From: Candidatus Sumerlaeota bacterium
GTDB lineage: Bacteria > UBP6 > UBA1177
Direction of reading: 5' to 3'
Assembly (NCBI GenBank): GCA_007132725.1
Contig: SLOD01000011.1
Location: 117 to 64,116, forward strand
DNA length: 64,000 nt
In this document: positions 48,784 to 58,947 of the stretch, in pieces
Position numbering within the stretch: the stretch's first letter is position 1
How the letters are laid out: each line of letters begins with the position of its first letter
The notes under the pieces: model-generated
The model's input: the letters and a program-made list of their open reading frames with translations, nothing else
Told to the model about the DNA's origin: nothing
The model's database searches: none
Translations under genes and position numbers: made by a program

Positions 48784-49884
48784 TCACCTCCCTGAAGCTC
48801 CTGTGAGGATCCTTTCTATATCGTTACATATTTTCCTGACAGCTACTGGAAATTGGAGGTTCATAACATTCCGCTTGATCCTGTCGGGATTTCGGAGGAA
48901 ATCCGATACCGCAGAATAAAGCTTTTTCACCTTTCCATGCATGCTTCCGGAATCTTCAACAATATATCCACAACCTTTCCTCGTTAACACTACTGCATTG
49001 CTCGTATGATGAGGTTCAATATTTGGCGGCAGAGCAACAAAAACAGCAGTACTTCCGGTACCCATAGTTTCAGACACGACATCAGAAGAAGGACGACATA
49101 TGAGCAGATCCGCGGTTTTGTAGTATTTTCCTCTCCCTTCATAGTGCATATAGCACAAAGACTCTATACCGTTTTTATCATAAAATATTTGCAGGTCTGC
49201 AACATCTTTTTCTCCTGTCTCATGAATCACAAAAAATTCTTTCCTCATTTCCGGATAGCGGAGAAAAAAACTCTTTACCAGTTCATTGATCGAATATGAA
49301 TTCTTTTTACAGGTAAATATCGTCATCAACTTTTTATCCGTAGGGATGTTTCGTGGAGCAGCGTCTAATATCTCTCTTCTGACAGGAACTCCCGAGGCAA
49401 GAAACTTTGAAGGATTCAAACCCGAAGCAGTCTCTTCAAACGGAACATAAGCTTTTGTGACATATGACGATATTTCTTTGTTGGCGGGAGAAAAAACACA
49501 GTTCTGCTCCATTATCAAAACGGGAATGTTTTTCTCTTTTGCAGCCTCTGCAACTGGAATAGCAGAAAAACCGCCTAAACATAGTACAGCATTCACCGAT
49601 TTCATTTCAATAACTTTCCCGGCATGATCCACAGCCGATTTTTTCTTTATTTTTTGCAGAAAACTTTTAAAGAAGCCTTTTTCTCCAGAGTAGGGGTTTA
49701 TTTTAACAACCTCGTATCCTGTTTCTCCCAGCAGCTTGTATTCAATACCGCCGGGTTCTCCTCCAAATATAAGCATAATCCCTTTTTGCCTAAGGCTTTC
49801 TGCCAGTACCATTGCCGGAATGAGTCTTTCTTTAGTTCCACCGCCGACGACTAGAACAGAAAATTTTGTTATTACTTTTTCCAT
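48784..49884 (-). CDS. murG: Undecaprenyl-PP-MurNAc-pentapeptide GlcNAc transferase.
   Basis: GT28 fold; GGGTKER-like N-terminal G-loop; position. Confidence 0.8.
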   Translation of the reverse strand: MEKVITKFSVLVVGGGTKERLIPAMVLAESLRQKGIMLIFGGEPGGIEYKLLGETGYEVVKINPYSGEKGFFKSFLQKIKKKSAVDHAGKVIEMKSVNAVLCLGGFSAIPVAEAAKEKNIPVLIMEQNCVFSPANKEISSYVTKAYVPFEETASGLNPSKFLASGVPVRREILDAAPRNIPTDKKLMTIFTCKKNSYSINELVKSFFLRYPEMRKEFFVIHETGEKDVADLQIFYDKNGIESLCYMHYEGRGKYYKTADLLICRPSSDVVSETMGTGSTAVFVALPPNIEPHHTSNAVVLTRKGCGYIVEDSGSMHGKVKKLYSAVSDFLRNPDRIKRNVMNLQFPVAVRKICNDIERILTGASGR

Positions 49885-49898
49885 TTTCCACCTCCCGG

Positions 49899-50987
49899 TT
49901 AAAAATTGTTAAAACGGTTATCCGTGGTTACCGCATTTAAAATAAATCCGACCATCACGGAATAGGACATAAGTGCACTTCCACCATAGCTGATAAATGG
50001 CAAAGGTACCCCTTTATTCGGTAACGAAGAGGTAACGACACCTAAATTAATAAGCGTCTGCACAGCAAGCATAATAACAAAACCCGATATGAGGTAGAAT
50101 CCGAATCTGCTGTAAACTGATAGAGCAAAGTAACTGCCGATCATAAACATTAATACAAAAAGAGAAATTAAAACCAAAGATCCTGCGAAACCAAACTCTT
50201 CGCCAATAATTGAATATATAAAATCGGTATGCGCCTCCGGCAGATACCTCATTTTCTTTTGACTGTTCCCAAACCCCACCCCGGTTTTCCCTCCTCTACC
50301 TAAAGCGATTTCGCTTTGAACCTGCTGATATCCGGAAGACTGTCTGTATTGCCAGGGATCAAGAAACGACCTGATCCTTTCTACCCTATACGGCTTCATA
50401 AGTATCAGAAAAGAAAACCCTATCACAGCTAGAACTCCGAGAACGACTATATATTTGAACCTCATACCGCCCATTAAAAGAAGAAACAAAGCTACAGAAA
50501 AAATTATGAGTCCTGTTCCCAGATCTTCAAAAGCAATAAGAGACACTATTATCAATACAACAAAGAACGGATATATCAATTCCTTTAAAAGTCCGATCCT
50601 CTCTCTTTTATTACAAATCACCTCCGCCATATAAAAAACTACTACTATTTTTGCAAACTCAGAAGGTTGTACCATCATAAAACCAAGATTGATCCATCTC
50701 TTTGAGCCGTTAACCTCAGTCCCTACAAGGTAAGTGGCTATCAATACAAGTATAATGAGTACAACAGCGTATTTTATCCAGGTCCTGACAGCATCTATAT
50801 TCACAATGTAGCACAAAGCCATTGCAGACAAAGCCATCATAAGGTTTATTATCAACGATCTGAGAATGGGAAAGACAGACTCGTTAACAGGATGAACATT
50901 GAAAACCCTTATATTAAACACCATAACTGTTCCGAAGATCACCAAAAGGAAGAAAATGGAAAAATAAAGTTTCAATGCTTTAGTCAT
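49899..50987 (-). CDS. ftsW: SEDS-family peptidoglycan glycosyltransferase FtsW.
   Basis: 10-TM; C-terminal LPFISYGGSA. Confidence 0.85.
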   Translation of the reverse strand: MTKALKLYFSIFFLLVIFGTVMVFNIRVFNVHPVNESVFPILRSLIINLMMALSAMALCYIVNIDAVRTWIKYAVVLIILVLIATYLVGTEVNGSKRWINLGFMMVQPSEFAKIVVVFYMAEVICNKRERIGLLKELIYPFFVVLIIVSLIAFEDLGTGLIIFSVALFLLLMGGMRFKYIVVLGVLAVIGFSFLILMKPYRVERIRSFLDPWQYRQSSGYQQVQSEIALGRGGKTGVGFGNSQKKMRYLPEAHTDFIYSIIGEEFGFAGSLVLISLFVLMFMIGSYFALSVYSRFGFYLISGFVIMLAVQTLINLGVVTSSLPNKGVPLPFISYGGSALMSYSVMVGFILNAVTTDNRFNNF

Positions 50988-52282
50988 TCAGACATCTCTT
51001 TTTTTAACCCGAAAACTTTGTTTTTAAAATCATTGCCTCTTTCAATATAGTTTTTATACCAGTCAAAACTGGAACATGCCGGAGAAAAAAGAACAACACC
51101 GCGGTTTTCAGACAATTTGAAAGATATTTCAACAGCTTCCTGCATAGACTCGGCTTCAACAAGTGGAAAAAAGTCTTCAAAACAGGGCTTTATTCTACTT
51201 TTAGCTTCTCCGATAAGAACAACTCCTTTGCACCTTGTTTCTGCAAGTTCTCGAAGAACCTCATAACTCCCTCCTTTGTCAACACCGCCAAGTATAAGAA
51301 CAACCTCTTTGTCAGAGTATCCCGACAAAGATTTTTCGGTTGCAGCGACATTAGTCCCTTTTGAATCATTGATAAACACTACATCGCCAATTTTATCTAC
51401 AAACTCCATCCTATGGGGAAGTGGGGTAAAATTGTTAACAGCCTTTCTTATGATCTCAAAATCCTTAACCCACTCGGAAACAGCAAGAACAGAAGCCATT
51501 ATGTTTTCAACATTATGAACTCCTTCAAGTTTTGTCTCTTTCACAAAAATTTCATCGTTTCCGAGATAGATCACTCCATCCCTGTAACCAATTTCCCCTG
51601 TAAAGTCTAAAGAAAAGAATTTCTTTTCAACAGGAATCGCCCTGCAACCGGCAACTAATGCTTCGTCTCTGCCGTTCAGGACAAGAATTCCATCCGGACG
51701 AGTAAGTTTAGCCAACTTGACTTTCGTCATCACATATTCTTCGTAAGTTACATATCTGTCGAGATGATCAGGACTTACATTCAGGATCACAGAAACATCA
51801 GGGTTTACACTTGACAATGTTTCAAGTTGAAAAGAACTGATCTCTATTACAAGAAATTCATAGTTTTTACCTATTGCCTGAAATACGGGAGTTCCAATAT
51901 TTCCACAGAGGAAAGTGGAAAATCCTGCCTCTTTGAGAAGAGATGAAATAATGGAAACCGTAGTACTTTTTCCGTTTGTTCCTGTGACAGCAATAATTTT
52001 TTCATTTTTAAGATAACGACCTGCAAACTCGATATCACCTATCACTTCCACACCTTTTTCTCTTACACTGGCAACGGCAGGATGATCCGGAGAAAAGCCG
52101 GGGCTCACAATAGCAAGATCATAAACCGTATCCGGATCATAACGGTTCAGTTTTCCGTACAATATATTTCCATCTATAGCAGCAGGATTATCATCATAAA
52201 CAAATACAGAAAAACCCTTTTCTATAAGAAATTCAGCCACAGACGAACCGGAAACTCCCATTCCGAACACGACAGCTTTCAA
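50984..52282 (-). CDS. murD: UDP-N-acetylmuramoylalanine--D-glutamate ligase.
   Basis: Mur ligase P-loop GTNGKSTT; N-terminal Rossmann fold GMGVSG. Confidence 0.85.
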   Translation of the reverse strand: MKAVVFGMGVSGSSVAEFLIEKGFSVFVYDDNPAAIDGNILYGKLNRYDPDTVYDLAIVSPGFSPDHPAVASVREKGVEVIGDIEFAGRYLKNEKIIAVTGTNGKSTTVSIISSLLKEAGFSTFLCGNIGTPVFQAIGKNYEFLVIEISSFQLETLSSVNPDVSVILNVSPDHLDRYVTYEEYVMTKVKLAKLTRPDGILVLNGRDEALVAGCRAIPVEKKFFSLDFTGEIGYRDGVIYLGNDEIFVKETKLEGVHNVENIMASVLAVSEWVKDFEIIRKAVNNFTPLPHRMEFVDKIGDVVFINDSKGTNVAATEKSLSGYSDKEVVLILGGVDKGGSYEVLRELAETRCKGVVLIGEAKSRIKPCFEDFFPLVEAESMQEAVEISFKLSENRGVVLFSPACSSFDWYKNYIERGNDFKNKVFGLKKEMSE

Positions 52283-52291
52283 GCGAACCTC

Positions 52292-53572
52292 CTATTCAAG
52301 AAGTTCAAAGATTTCTTCCAACCTGTTACTCCTTGAACCTTTTAAGAGAAAAAGTCCTGTCTCAGGCAACAAAGGAACGACATCCTTGATATTGCCGAGA
52401 AAGACCACCCTTTTCTCATTCAAAAAACAGTGCTTAATTTTTTCGAACTCGCTTCCTATCAAAAAAGCCCTCTTTAACAATTTAAGAGTTTTTAAATAAT
52501 TTACAAGTTCTTGGTGCATTTTTTTTGATAATTCACCTAATTCGAACATACTTCCCAAAACCATACATATATTTTCATCCCCTTCTTCAATTGCTTTTTT
52601 ATAAAATCCGGCTATAGATCTCAGCATGGAATCCGGGTTGGCATTATAACAGTCAACTATAAATTTTCTTTCACCAACTTGTTTCGTTTCCCCCCTCATT
52701 TCAGGAATTTTGCTTTTTTTCAGCACTTCATTTAACTTTTCAGCTTTTCCTTCAACAACTTTAACAACTTCGGCTGCCGTCAAAAGATTGTCCACTAAAT
52801 ATTCCGGATATTCTTTAAATTCATTATAGCGGGATTTAAAACTATCCTGTTGATAAACTGCTATCTTATTAGAGCGTTCCTTATTTTTATCGATCCATTC
52901 TTTTACATATCTGTTGCTTATATCAGCAACAATAACTCCCCCGGTACCTTCAAAAAGCTCTAGTTTAGCATCGGCTAAATCCTGTTGTGACTTGAAGTTG
53001 CCTATATGAGCACTGCCTATGTTCGTGATCACAGAGTAATCAGGGTGAGCAATCTCGGAAAGTTTTTTTATCTCTCCTTTATGGTTCATTCCCATTTCAA
53101 GAACCATGTAATCGATGTTCATAGGGAGATTAAGTATAACCAGTGGAAGACCGATATGGTTATTCAGGTTACTCCAGGACCGGTAAACAGTTTTCCCGGA
53201 CAAAGAAAGAAATGTGGTAAGAAATTCTCTTGTAGTTGTTTTTCCATTGGAGCCAGTTAAAGCAATGACCTTTCCTCTGTACAAACTTCTCCTTTTTTTT
53301 GCCAATAGCGATAAAAATTCCAAAACATCGGGAACCTTTATAAACATTTCACTATCATGATCCCCTTCGTCCCCGACACAATAAACACCTTTTTCAAGGA
53401 GTTCTCCTATGTAACGGTGTCCATCATCATTTTCTCCCCTGAATGCAAAAAACAGAGATCCCTTTACCGCTTTCCTTGAATCAATGACAACACTTGATAT
53501 GAGTCCGCAGGGAATATCTTTTATATCAGCTACCTCTTGCAGGGTTGTTTTAAGTAATTCTGTGTCAAACAT
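52292..53572 (-). CDS. murF: UDP-MurNAc-tripeptide--D-alanyl-D-alanine ligase.
   Basis: GSNGKTTT; C-terminal LLKGSRS. Confidence 0.8.
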   Translation of the reverse strand: MFDTELLKTTLQEVADIKDIPCGLISSVVIDSRKAVKGSLFFAFRGENDDGHRYIGELLEKGVYCVGDEGDHDSEMFIKVPDVLEFLSLLAKKRRSLYRGKVIALTGSNGKTTTREFLTTFLSLSGKTVYRSWSNLNNHIGLPLVILNLPMNIDYMVLEMGMNHKGEIKKLSEIAHPDYSVITNIGSAHIGNFKSQQDLADAKLELFEGTGGVIVADISNRYVKEWIDKNKERSNKIAVYQQDSFKSRYNEFKEYPEYLVDNLLTAAEVVKVVEGKAEKLNEVLKKSKIPEMRGETKQVGERKFIVDCYNANPDSMLRSIAGFYKKAIEEGDENICMVLGSMFELGELSKKMHQELVNYLKTLKLLKRAFLIGSEFEKIKHCFLNEKRVVFLGNIKDVVPLLPETGLFLLKGSRSNRLEEIFELLE

Positions 53573-53574
53573 TT

Positions 53575-55026
53575 TTATCTCTCAAAATATTTTTCAACTT
53601 CAAGTTTATCAGAGAAAAACTTTTTCCCGTGTTTCGTAATTTGATAGTTTTCCGCACCTTTTCCTGCTATTATGACCACATCATCTCTTCTTTTAAGGTC
53701 TATCGCTTTTTTTATCGCTTCAGATCTGTCATGAATTACATGGATATCACAAAGATGTTGTGAACAACCGCTTTTTATATCTGTCACGATCGCTGAGGGG
53801 TCTTCATTTCTCGGGTTGTCATCAGTTATGAACACTATATCTGCATATTTGCAGACAACTCTCCCCATTTCCGGCCTTTTTCCCTTATCTCTATTGCCTC
53901 CCGCACCGAAAACCACAATTATCCGACCGCTTCCTGCAACTTCTTTTATTGTTGAGAGTATGTTTTCCAAAGCATCCGGAGTATGTGCGTAATCAATATA
54001 TACCGATTCGTTCTTTATCTCTTCCATCCTTCCCGGAACGGATATTTTTTTACAAATATTGGCAACCGAAAGTTCGAACCCGGTAAATCTTTCACAAGCC
54101 ATGATCGAACATGCTGCGTTGTAAACATTAAAACGACCTGCCATAGGGATTAGTTTTTTCAGGCTCTTATCTTTATATTTGAAAATGACCACAGAGCCAT
54201 TCAATGTCTGTTCTTTTACATCTACATACAGGTCGACACCCTTCTTTTTTAAAGAAACCGCCACCTTGTTTGCTTTGTCAGACAATTCCGAGTAGAGCCG
54301 CTCCCCATATATATCATCAACATTTATAACTGCGACACCCTCTTCCTTCAGGTGTTCTTCAAATAATTTTTTTTTTGCACGATAGTAGGATTCCATATCG
54401 AAGTGGTAGTCCATATGATCTCTTGAAAGATTGGTAAAAACCGCCACATCGAATTTTGTTCCCGCTACTCTCTCCTGTTCAAGACCGTGACTGCTTATTT
54501 CAGATACAACAACTTCAAACTTATCCAAAACCATTTTGTTTAGAAGTTCATACCACTTCCAAATAAAGGGAGTAGTATTTCTGGCCTCAAGAACTTTATC
54601 AGAAAATTTGTACCCCAGTGTACCTATAACACCACATTTCAGCCTGTTTTCAAGGCCACTTTCTATCATGTGTGTTATCGTGGTTTTACCATTAGTTCCA
54701 GTTACACCTATCATTTTTAATTTGTTTTGGGGGTTGTCATAAAAAATTGCTGAAACTTCTTTTAAAACAGAGAGAGCAGATTCGACCCTTATATAATTTT
54801 CACGATCAACACTGTTTTCTCCTACAGCAAGAAATGCTCCGTTTTTAAAAGCTTGGTCTACAAAGTCATGTCCATCGGCATTTTCACCTCTGATACAGAA
54901 AAACACACTTCCCAAGAGAGCTTCTCTGGAGTCTGCGGTGATATTTGTCAAAACAACATCTTTGAGCACAACTTTTTCTGAAATAATATATTTTGAAATA
55001 AGCTTAATGAATTTATTCAACTTCAT
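53575..55026 (-). CDS. murE: UDP-MurNAc-L-Ala-D-Glu--2,6-diaminopimelate ligase.
   Basis: GTNGKTT and the meso-DAP-specific DNPR motif (DDNPRNEDP). Confidence 0.85.
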   Translation of the reverse strand: MKLNKFIKLISKYIISEKVVLKDVVLTNITADSREALLGSVFFCIRGENADGHDFVDQAFKNGAFLAVGENSVDRENYIRVESALSVLKEVSAIFYDNPQNKLKMIGVTGTNGKTTITHMIESGLENRLKCGVIGTLGYKFSDKVLEARNTTPFIWKWYELLNKMVLDKFEVVVSEISSHGLEQERVAGTKFDVAVFTNLSRDHMDYHFDMESYYRAKKKLFEEHLKEEGVAVINVDDIYGERLYSELSDKANKVAVSLKKKGVDLYVDVKEQTLNGSVVIFKYKDKSLKKLIPMAGRFNVYNAACSIMACERFTGFELSVANICKKISVPGRMEEIKNESVYIDYAHTPDALENILSTIKEVAGSGRIIVVFGAGGNRDKGKRPEMGRVVCKYADIVFITDDNPRNEDPSAIVTDIKSGCSQHLCDIHVIHDRSEAIKKAIDLKRRDDVVIIAGKGAENYQITKHGKKFFSDKLEVEKYFER

Positions 55027-57088
55027 CAGCTACCTCTTCTGTCTGAACAGTCAGAACCGTTCCAAAAGGAACTGTTTCCCCGTCTTCAGGATACTGGCTT
55101 ACTATTCTCCCTGAGGGACTTCCTGAAACAACAAGATTCAGCCCCATTCTATTTGCAGTCTGAAGGGCAGAAGCAGCATTCATCTTTCTAAGATCTGGAA
55201 CTTTTATAAAGCTGAAAGCCGTTATTTTTTCATCTCTATCTTCACTTACTATACCTGAAGTAATATCTTTTTCAACCGATTCCATTGTCACAGCTTTTTT
55301 TTCCATCTCGTGGGAACTGCTATCAACCATTATACCTTGCAAAGGCAACACTCTGGCCGCTATATTTCTAAAAACAGGAGCAGCCACTGTACCTCCATAT
55401 TCTTTACCTTCCGGCTCATCTATCACCACCATCATAACCATAGAAGGATCATTACTTGGAACAGCACCGATAAAAGAGCATACGACCTTTGTAAAAGAGT
55501 ATCTGTTAGTCTCAAAATCAAATTTCTGAGAGGTTCCGGTCTTTCCCCCTACTCTAATTCCCGGGATTTGTGCTCTTCTTGCTGTACCCTCATCTACTAC
55601 ACCCTCAAGCATTCTAACCATGTTCCTGTCAGAATTATAGTTAAAAGCAAGTCTTTTCGGTTCAGGAACAGTCTGAAAAATTATTTTCCCAGTCGAAGGG
55701 TCCTCTATCCTGTCAACGATAGTAGGCTGCCACAAAACTCCTCCATTGTATATGGAAGCATACGCCCTTACCATCTGTACCATATTGGTAGCTAATCCTT
55801 GACCGAAAGAAATATTTGCCTTGTCTATCGGGTACCACTTACTATAGTGTCTTAACTGGGGAAAAGATTCTCCAGGAAGATTCAGCCCTGTTCTTTGTCC
55901 AAACCCAAAAAGATTTAAATAGTTATACAACTGCTTATTTTCGAGTCTATCTACAAGTTTTACCGTACCTATATTACTGGAGTATATTATTGTGTCCCTC
56001 AAAGTTAACCACTGATGCGGGCGAGTATCTCTGATCCACCTCCTTCCATACATAAATCTTCCATTTTCACCAGAGATCTTTTCTCCCGGTTTTACGAGAT
56101 TTTCATTCATTACCGCCATAATAGAAAAAACTTTGAAAGTAGATCCCGGCTCAAAAAGGTTTGCAACAACAAAATTCCTTCTTTCTCTCGGAGTATATTT
56201 GTAATATTTTTCGGGATCATAGGTTGGATAGTTTGCCATTGCAAGAATTTTTCCTGAAGCAGGATCCATTATCACTACTCCACCCCACTTTGCATTGACT
56301 TCATTCATCATTGACGACAGCTCTTCTTCTGCAATAAACTGAATTCTACTGTCAATTGTGAGATACAGATTTGCTCCGGGGGAAGAAGCCATTTCTTTCT
56401 CTATCTCTATTGAAACCTCTCCGGTTCCCGGGACAGTCAGCCTTCTGATACTTCTTTCTTTTCCTGTTAAATAGCGGTTATAGCTCATCTCGATCCCTTC
56501 CAGACCGACATCTTCATTTCTCTGGACGAAACCAATGACATTGGCAAGCATCTTACCCTGAGGATAAACTCTTTTATAACCATCATGAAAAATTATAAAT
56601 CTGAAGTCTGAAATCATTCTTGTAAGCAATCTTATTTCTTCGGGATTTACATTTTCTGTTTTATTGAGCTCTCTTAGTCTTTCCCGGAGTTTAATATTTT
56701 CTTCCTTCAATGCTCTTACTGTTTTAAATTCAGCATTACGCTGGAGATAATAAAAGTGTCCTTTTCTTTCTAAGATCTGAAGGATCCTTTGGGGACTGGT
56801 GTCCAGAACCTTAGCCAGAATGACAGCCATCCCGTTTTTTTCTCTAATCCCTGCAGAGTCAACTGCAATATCAACCTTTGGCTCACTCAAAGCTAAAAAC
56901 TCACCGTTCCTATCAAAAATAGAGCCTCTTTTACTTTTAATGGTTTTTATAACTTCATCGTATTTTGAATATTGGTGCAACACTTCATGCCTTACGATCT
57001 GGATCTGGTATGTCTTTAATAAAATTAGAATAAAAGAGAGGAAAATTACAAAGGAGATAAACAGAAAAAGTTTGTTTTCTCTGGACAT
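55013..57088 (-). CDS. ftsI: Class B penicillin-binding protein FtsI/PBP with a C-terminal PASTA domain.
   Basis: N-terminal TM, transpeptidase STFK, SSN, KTGT motifs; C-terminal PASTA-like FIKVPDL...LVVSGSPSGRIVSQ. Confidence 0.85.
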   Translation of the reverse strand: MSRENKLFLFISFVIFLSFILILLKTYQIQIVRHEVLHQYSKYDEVIKTIKSKRGSIFDRNGEFLALSEPKVDIAVDSAGIREKNGMAVILAKVLDTSPQRILQILERKGHFYYLQRNAEFKTVRALKEENIKLRERLRELNKTENVNPEEIRLLTRMISDFRFIIFHDGYKRVYPQGKMLANVIGFVQRNEDVGLEGIEMSYNRYLTGKERSIRRLTVPGTGEVSIEIEKEMASSPGANLYLTIDSRIQFIAEEELSSMMNEVNAKWGGVVIMDPASGKILAMANYPTYDPEKYYKYTPRERRNFVVANLFEPGSTFKVFSIMAVMNENLVKPGEKISGENGRFMYGRRWIRDTRPHQWLTLRDTIIYSSNIGTVKLVDRLENKQLYNYLNLFGFGQRTGLNLPGESFPQLRHYSKWYPIDKANISFGQGLATNMVQMVRAYASIYNGGVLWQPTIVDRIEDPSTGKIIFQTVPEPKRLAFNYNSDRNMVRMLEGVVDEGTARRAQIPGIRVGGKTGTSQKFDFETNRYSFTKVVCSFIGAVPSNDPSMVMMVVIDEPEGKEYGGTVAAPVFRNIAARVLPLQGIMVDSSSHEMEKKAVTMESVEKDITSGIVSEDRDEKITAFSFIKVPDLRKMNAASALQTANRMGLNLVVSGSPSGRIVSQYPEDGETVPFGTVLTVQTEEVADEVE

Positions 57089-57104
57089 AAACTGTCGCTC
57101 CGGT

Positions 57105-57461
57105 TCATCTTAAATCCAACACCTTATCTGATGTGGCAACCTTCAGTTCCAACTCTCCCGCTTTTCTCATAAGCTCTCTGGAAGATATCATCCTAAGGTA
57201 GTTGTTTTCAATTTCATTCTTTTTAAAAGCAAGTTCTCTTTTTCTGTCGATCTGTCTACCAATTTCAAACTGTTGCCTGTTTTTATAGGCTTTAAGATAG
57301 GAGTTAAAAATCAACATCGAACCCAAAATAAGTACCATCGCCATAAATAATACAACTTTGCAATTAAAAAGCATCATTTTTGTTCTTATTTTTCTAGGAA
57401 CAAAAAGTGCTTTAACGGACTTGTCTAAATTCTCCTCATTTACGTGTACGAACTCAGTCAT
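57105..57461 (-). CDS. ftsL: FtsL-like small bitopic cell-division protein.
   Basis: 118 aa, single TM followed by a coiled coil; position between rsmH and ftsI. Confidence 0.6.
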   Translation of the reverse strand: MTEFVHVNEENLDKSVKALFVPRKIRTKMMLFNCKVVLFMAMVLILGSMLIFNSYLKAYKNRQQFEIGRQIDRKRELAFKKNEIENNYLRMISSRELMRKAGELELKVATSDKVLDLR

Positions 57462-57481
57462 AATCCACCTCTTTATAAAGA

Positions 57482-58399
57482 TCAGTAATTTTTTTCCAGT
57501 ATCCTGAGTTTTGCACTCCTTGACCTTGGATTTTTTTCAATCTCCTTTTCTGAAGGCAAAACCGGTTTGTATACCTTAACTTTTCCGGCAGGAACTATAT
57601 TGTCTACTTTATCCTCGATGTAATAAGGAAGAAGATCTTTTCTGTCTTTAAAAAAGTTTTTGACGACCCTGTCCTCAGTAGAATGAAATGTAATAACCCC
57701 CATTTTTCCGTTTTCGGACAAAGTAGCAAAAGATCTTTCAAGCATCTTTTTAAGTTCTGTCATCTCATTATTTACGGCCATCCTTATCGCCATAAAAACT
57801 TGAGTAGCAGGATCTATCCCTCTGGGAAAAAACCGTTTGGTATTTTTGACGATCTCAGCTAACTCAAGAGTCGTCTTTTTTCCTTCTGATACAGCCTTTT
57901 TCAATGCCCTGGCAACTCTGCCGGATTCTCTTTCCTGAGCATATTCACTTAAAATCTTTTTAAGTTCTTTTTCAGACACTTTTTTTAAAAAATCAAGGGC
58001 CGTAGTCGTTTCTTCAATATCCATTCTCATATCAAGCAATCCATCATGTTTAACGGAAAAACCTCTTGAAGGGGTATCAAGTTGATGACTGCTTACCCCA
58101 AGATCGGCAAGAATTATATCAGCTCTATTAATTTTAAGGAGAAAAAGTATTTTATCCAAAGCTCCTGCATTGGATTTTACAACCTTTACATTACTGCAGT
58201 CCTTGAATTTATTTTTCAAAAAGTCTACTGCCGTGAGGTCCCTGTCAATAAGAACCGCTTTGATCTTTGGGTAACGACTGATGAACAACTCGGCATGCCC
58301 TCCGCCTCCTGATGTAAGATCAATGTACACCTGAGGATCTTTCACCGCCAAATGCTCAACCACTTCTGAGCTTAAAACTGGACGGTGAGTAAAATTCAT
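57482..58399 (-). CDS. rsmH: 16S rRNA (cytosine1402-N4)-methyltransferase.
   Basis: HxPVL...DxTxGxGGH SAM motifs. Confidence 0.85.
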   Translation of the reverse strand: MNFTHRPVLSSEVVEHLAVKDPQVYIDLTSGGGGHAELFISRYPKIKAVLIDRDLTAVDFLKNKFKDCSNVKVVKSNAGALDKILFLLKINRADIILADLGVSSHQLDTPSRGFSVKHDGLLDMRMDIEETTTALDFLKKVSEKELKKILSEYAQERESGRVARALKKAVSEGKKTTLELAEIVKNTKRFFPRGIDPATQVFMAIRMAVNNEMTELKKMLERSFATLSENGKMGVITFHSTEDRVVKNFFKDRKDLLPYYIEDKVDNIVPAGKVKVYKPVLPSEKEIEKNPRSRSAKLRILEKNY

Positions 58400-58400
58400 C

Positions 58401-58880
58401 TTAATCCCCTTTCATATTTTTCCTTACAGAATTCATGTATCCAAAAACCATATCGAAATCTGAGTCATCAACAGCTTCTGCACTTTCCAGACATTCTTTT
58501 GACCATATCTGAAGAGTTTCTATACTGCCCAGCAAAACAACATCTTTTTTTATTTCGCTATAATCTATCAGAGTTTTGGGCAATCTGAGTCTATTATGGT
58601 TGTCCAGTTCTATTGTTTCCGCTGCAGCAACATACCACCTTATAAACCTGTTTCTTATCCTTCCCTCGGGAAATTCATAAATTGTTTTCATTCTATCTTT
58701 CCACCCTTCGTTGGAAAAAACTTCCAGGTACTTCTCTTCTGAAGATAGTCCTCTGGACACCACTACTCTGTTACTTTCTCCAAGGCCCAAGGGCTCATAC
58801 CATACTGCAGGAAACGGAATTCTTCCCTTTGCATCCAGCTTATAGTCCTTTCTACCATGGAAAAGAGACTCTGAAAACAT
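58401..58880 (-). CDS. mraZ: Transcriptional regulator MraZ.
   Basis: Duplicated DxxGRxxxP motif (LDAKGRIPFP; second half similar). Confidence 0.8.
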   Translation of the reverse strand: MFSESLFHGRKDYKLDAKGRIPFPAVWYEPLGLGESNRVVVSRGLSSEEKYLEVFSNEGWKDRMKTIYEFPEGRIRNRFIRWYVAAAETIELDNHNRLRLPKTLIDYSEIKKDVVLLGSIETLQIWSKECLESAEAVDDSDFDMVFGYMNSVRKNMKGD

Positions 58881-58947
58881 TTGTCACCACTCTCTAGCCA
58901 TTTGATTACACCTTTTACCACAAAAAGTTTATGAAATCAATTTTTTT

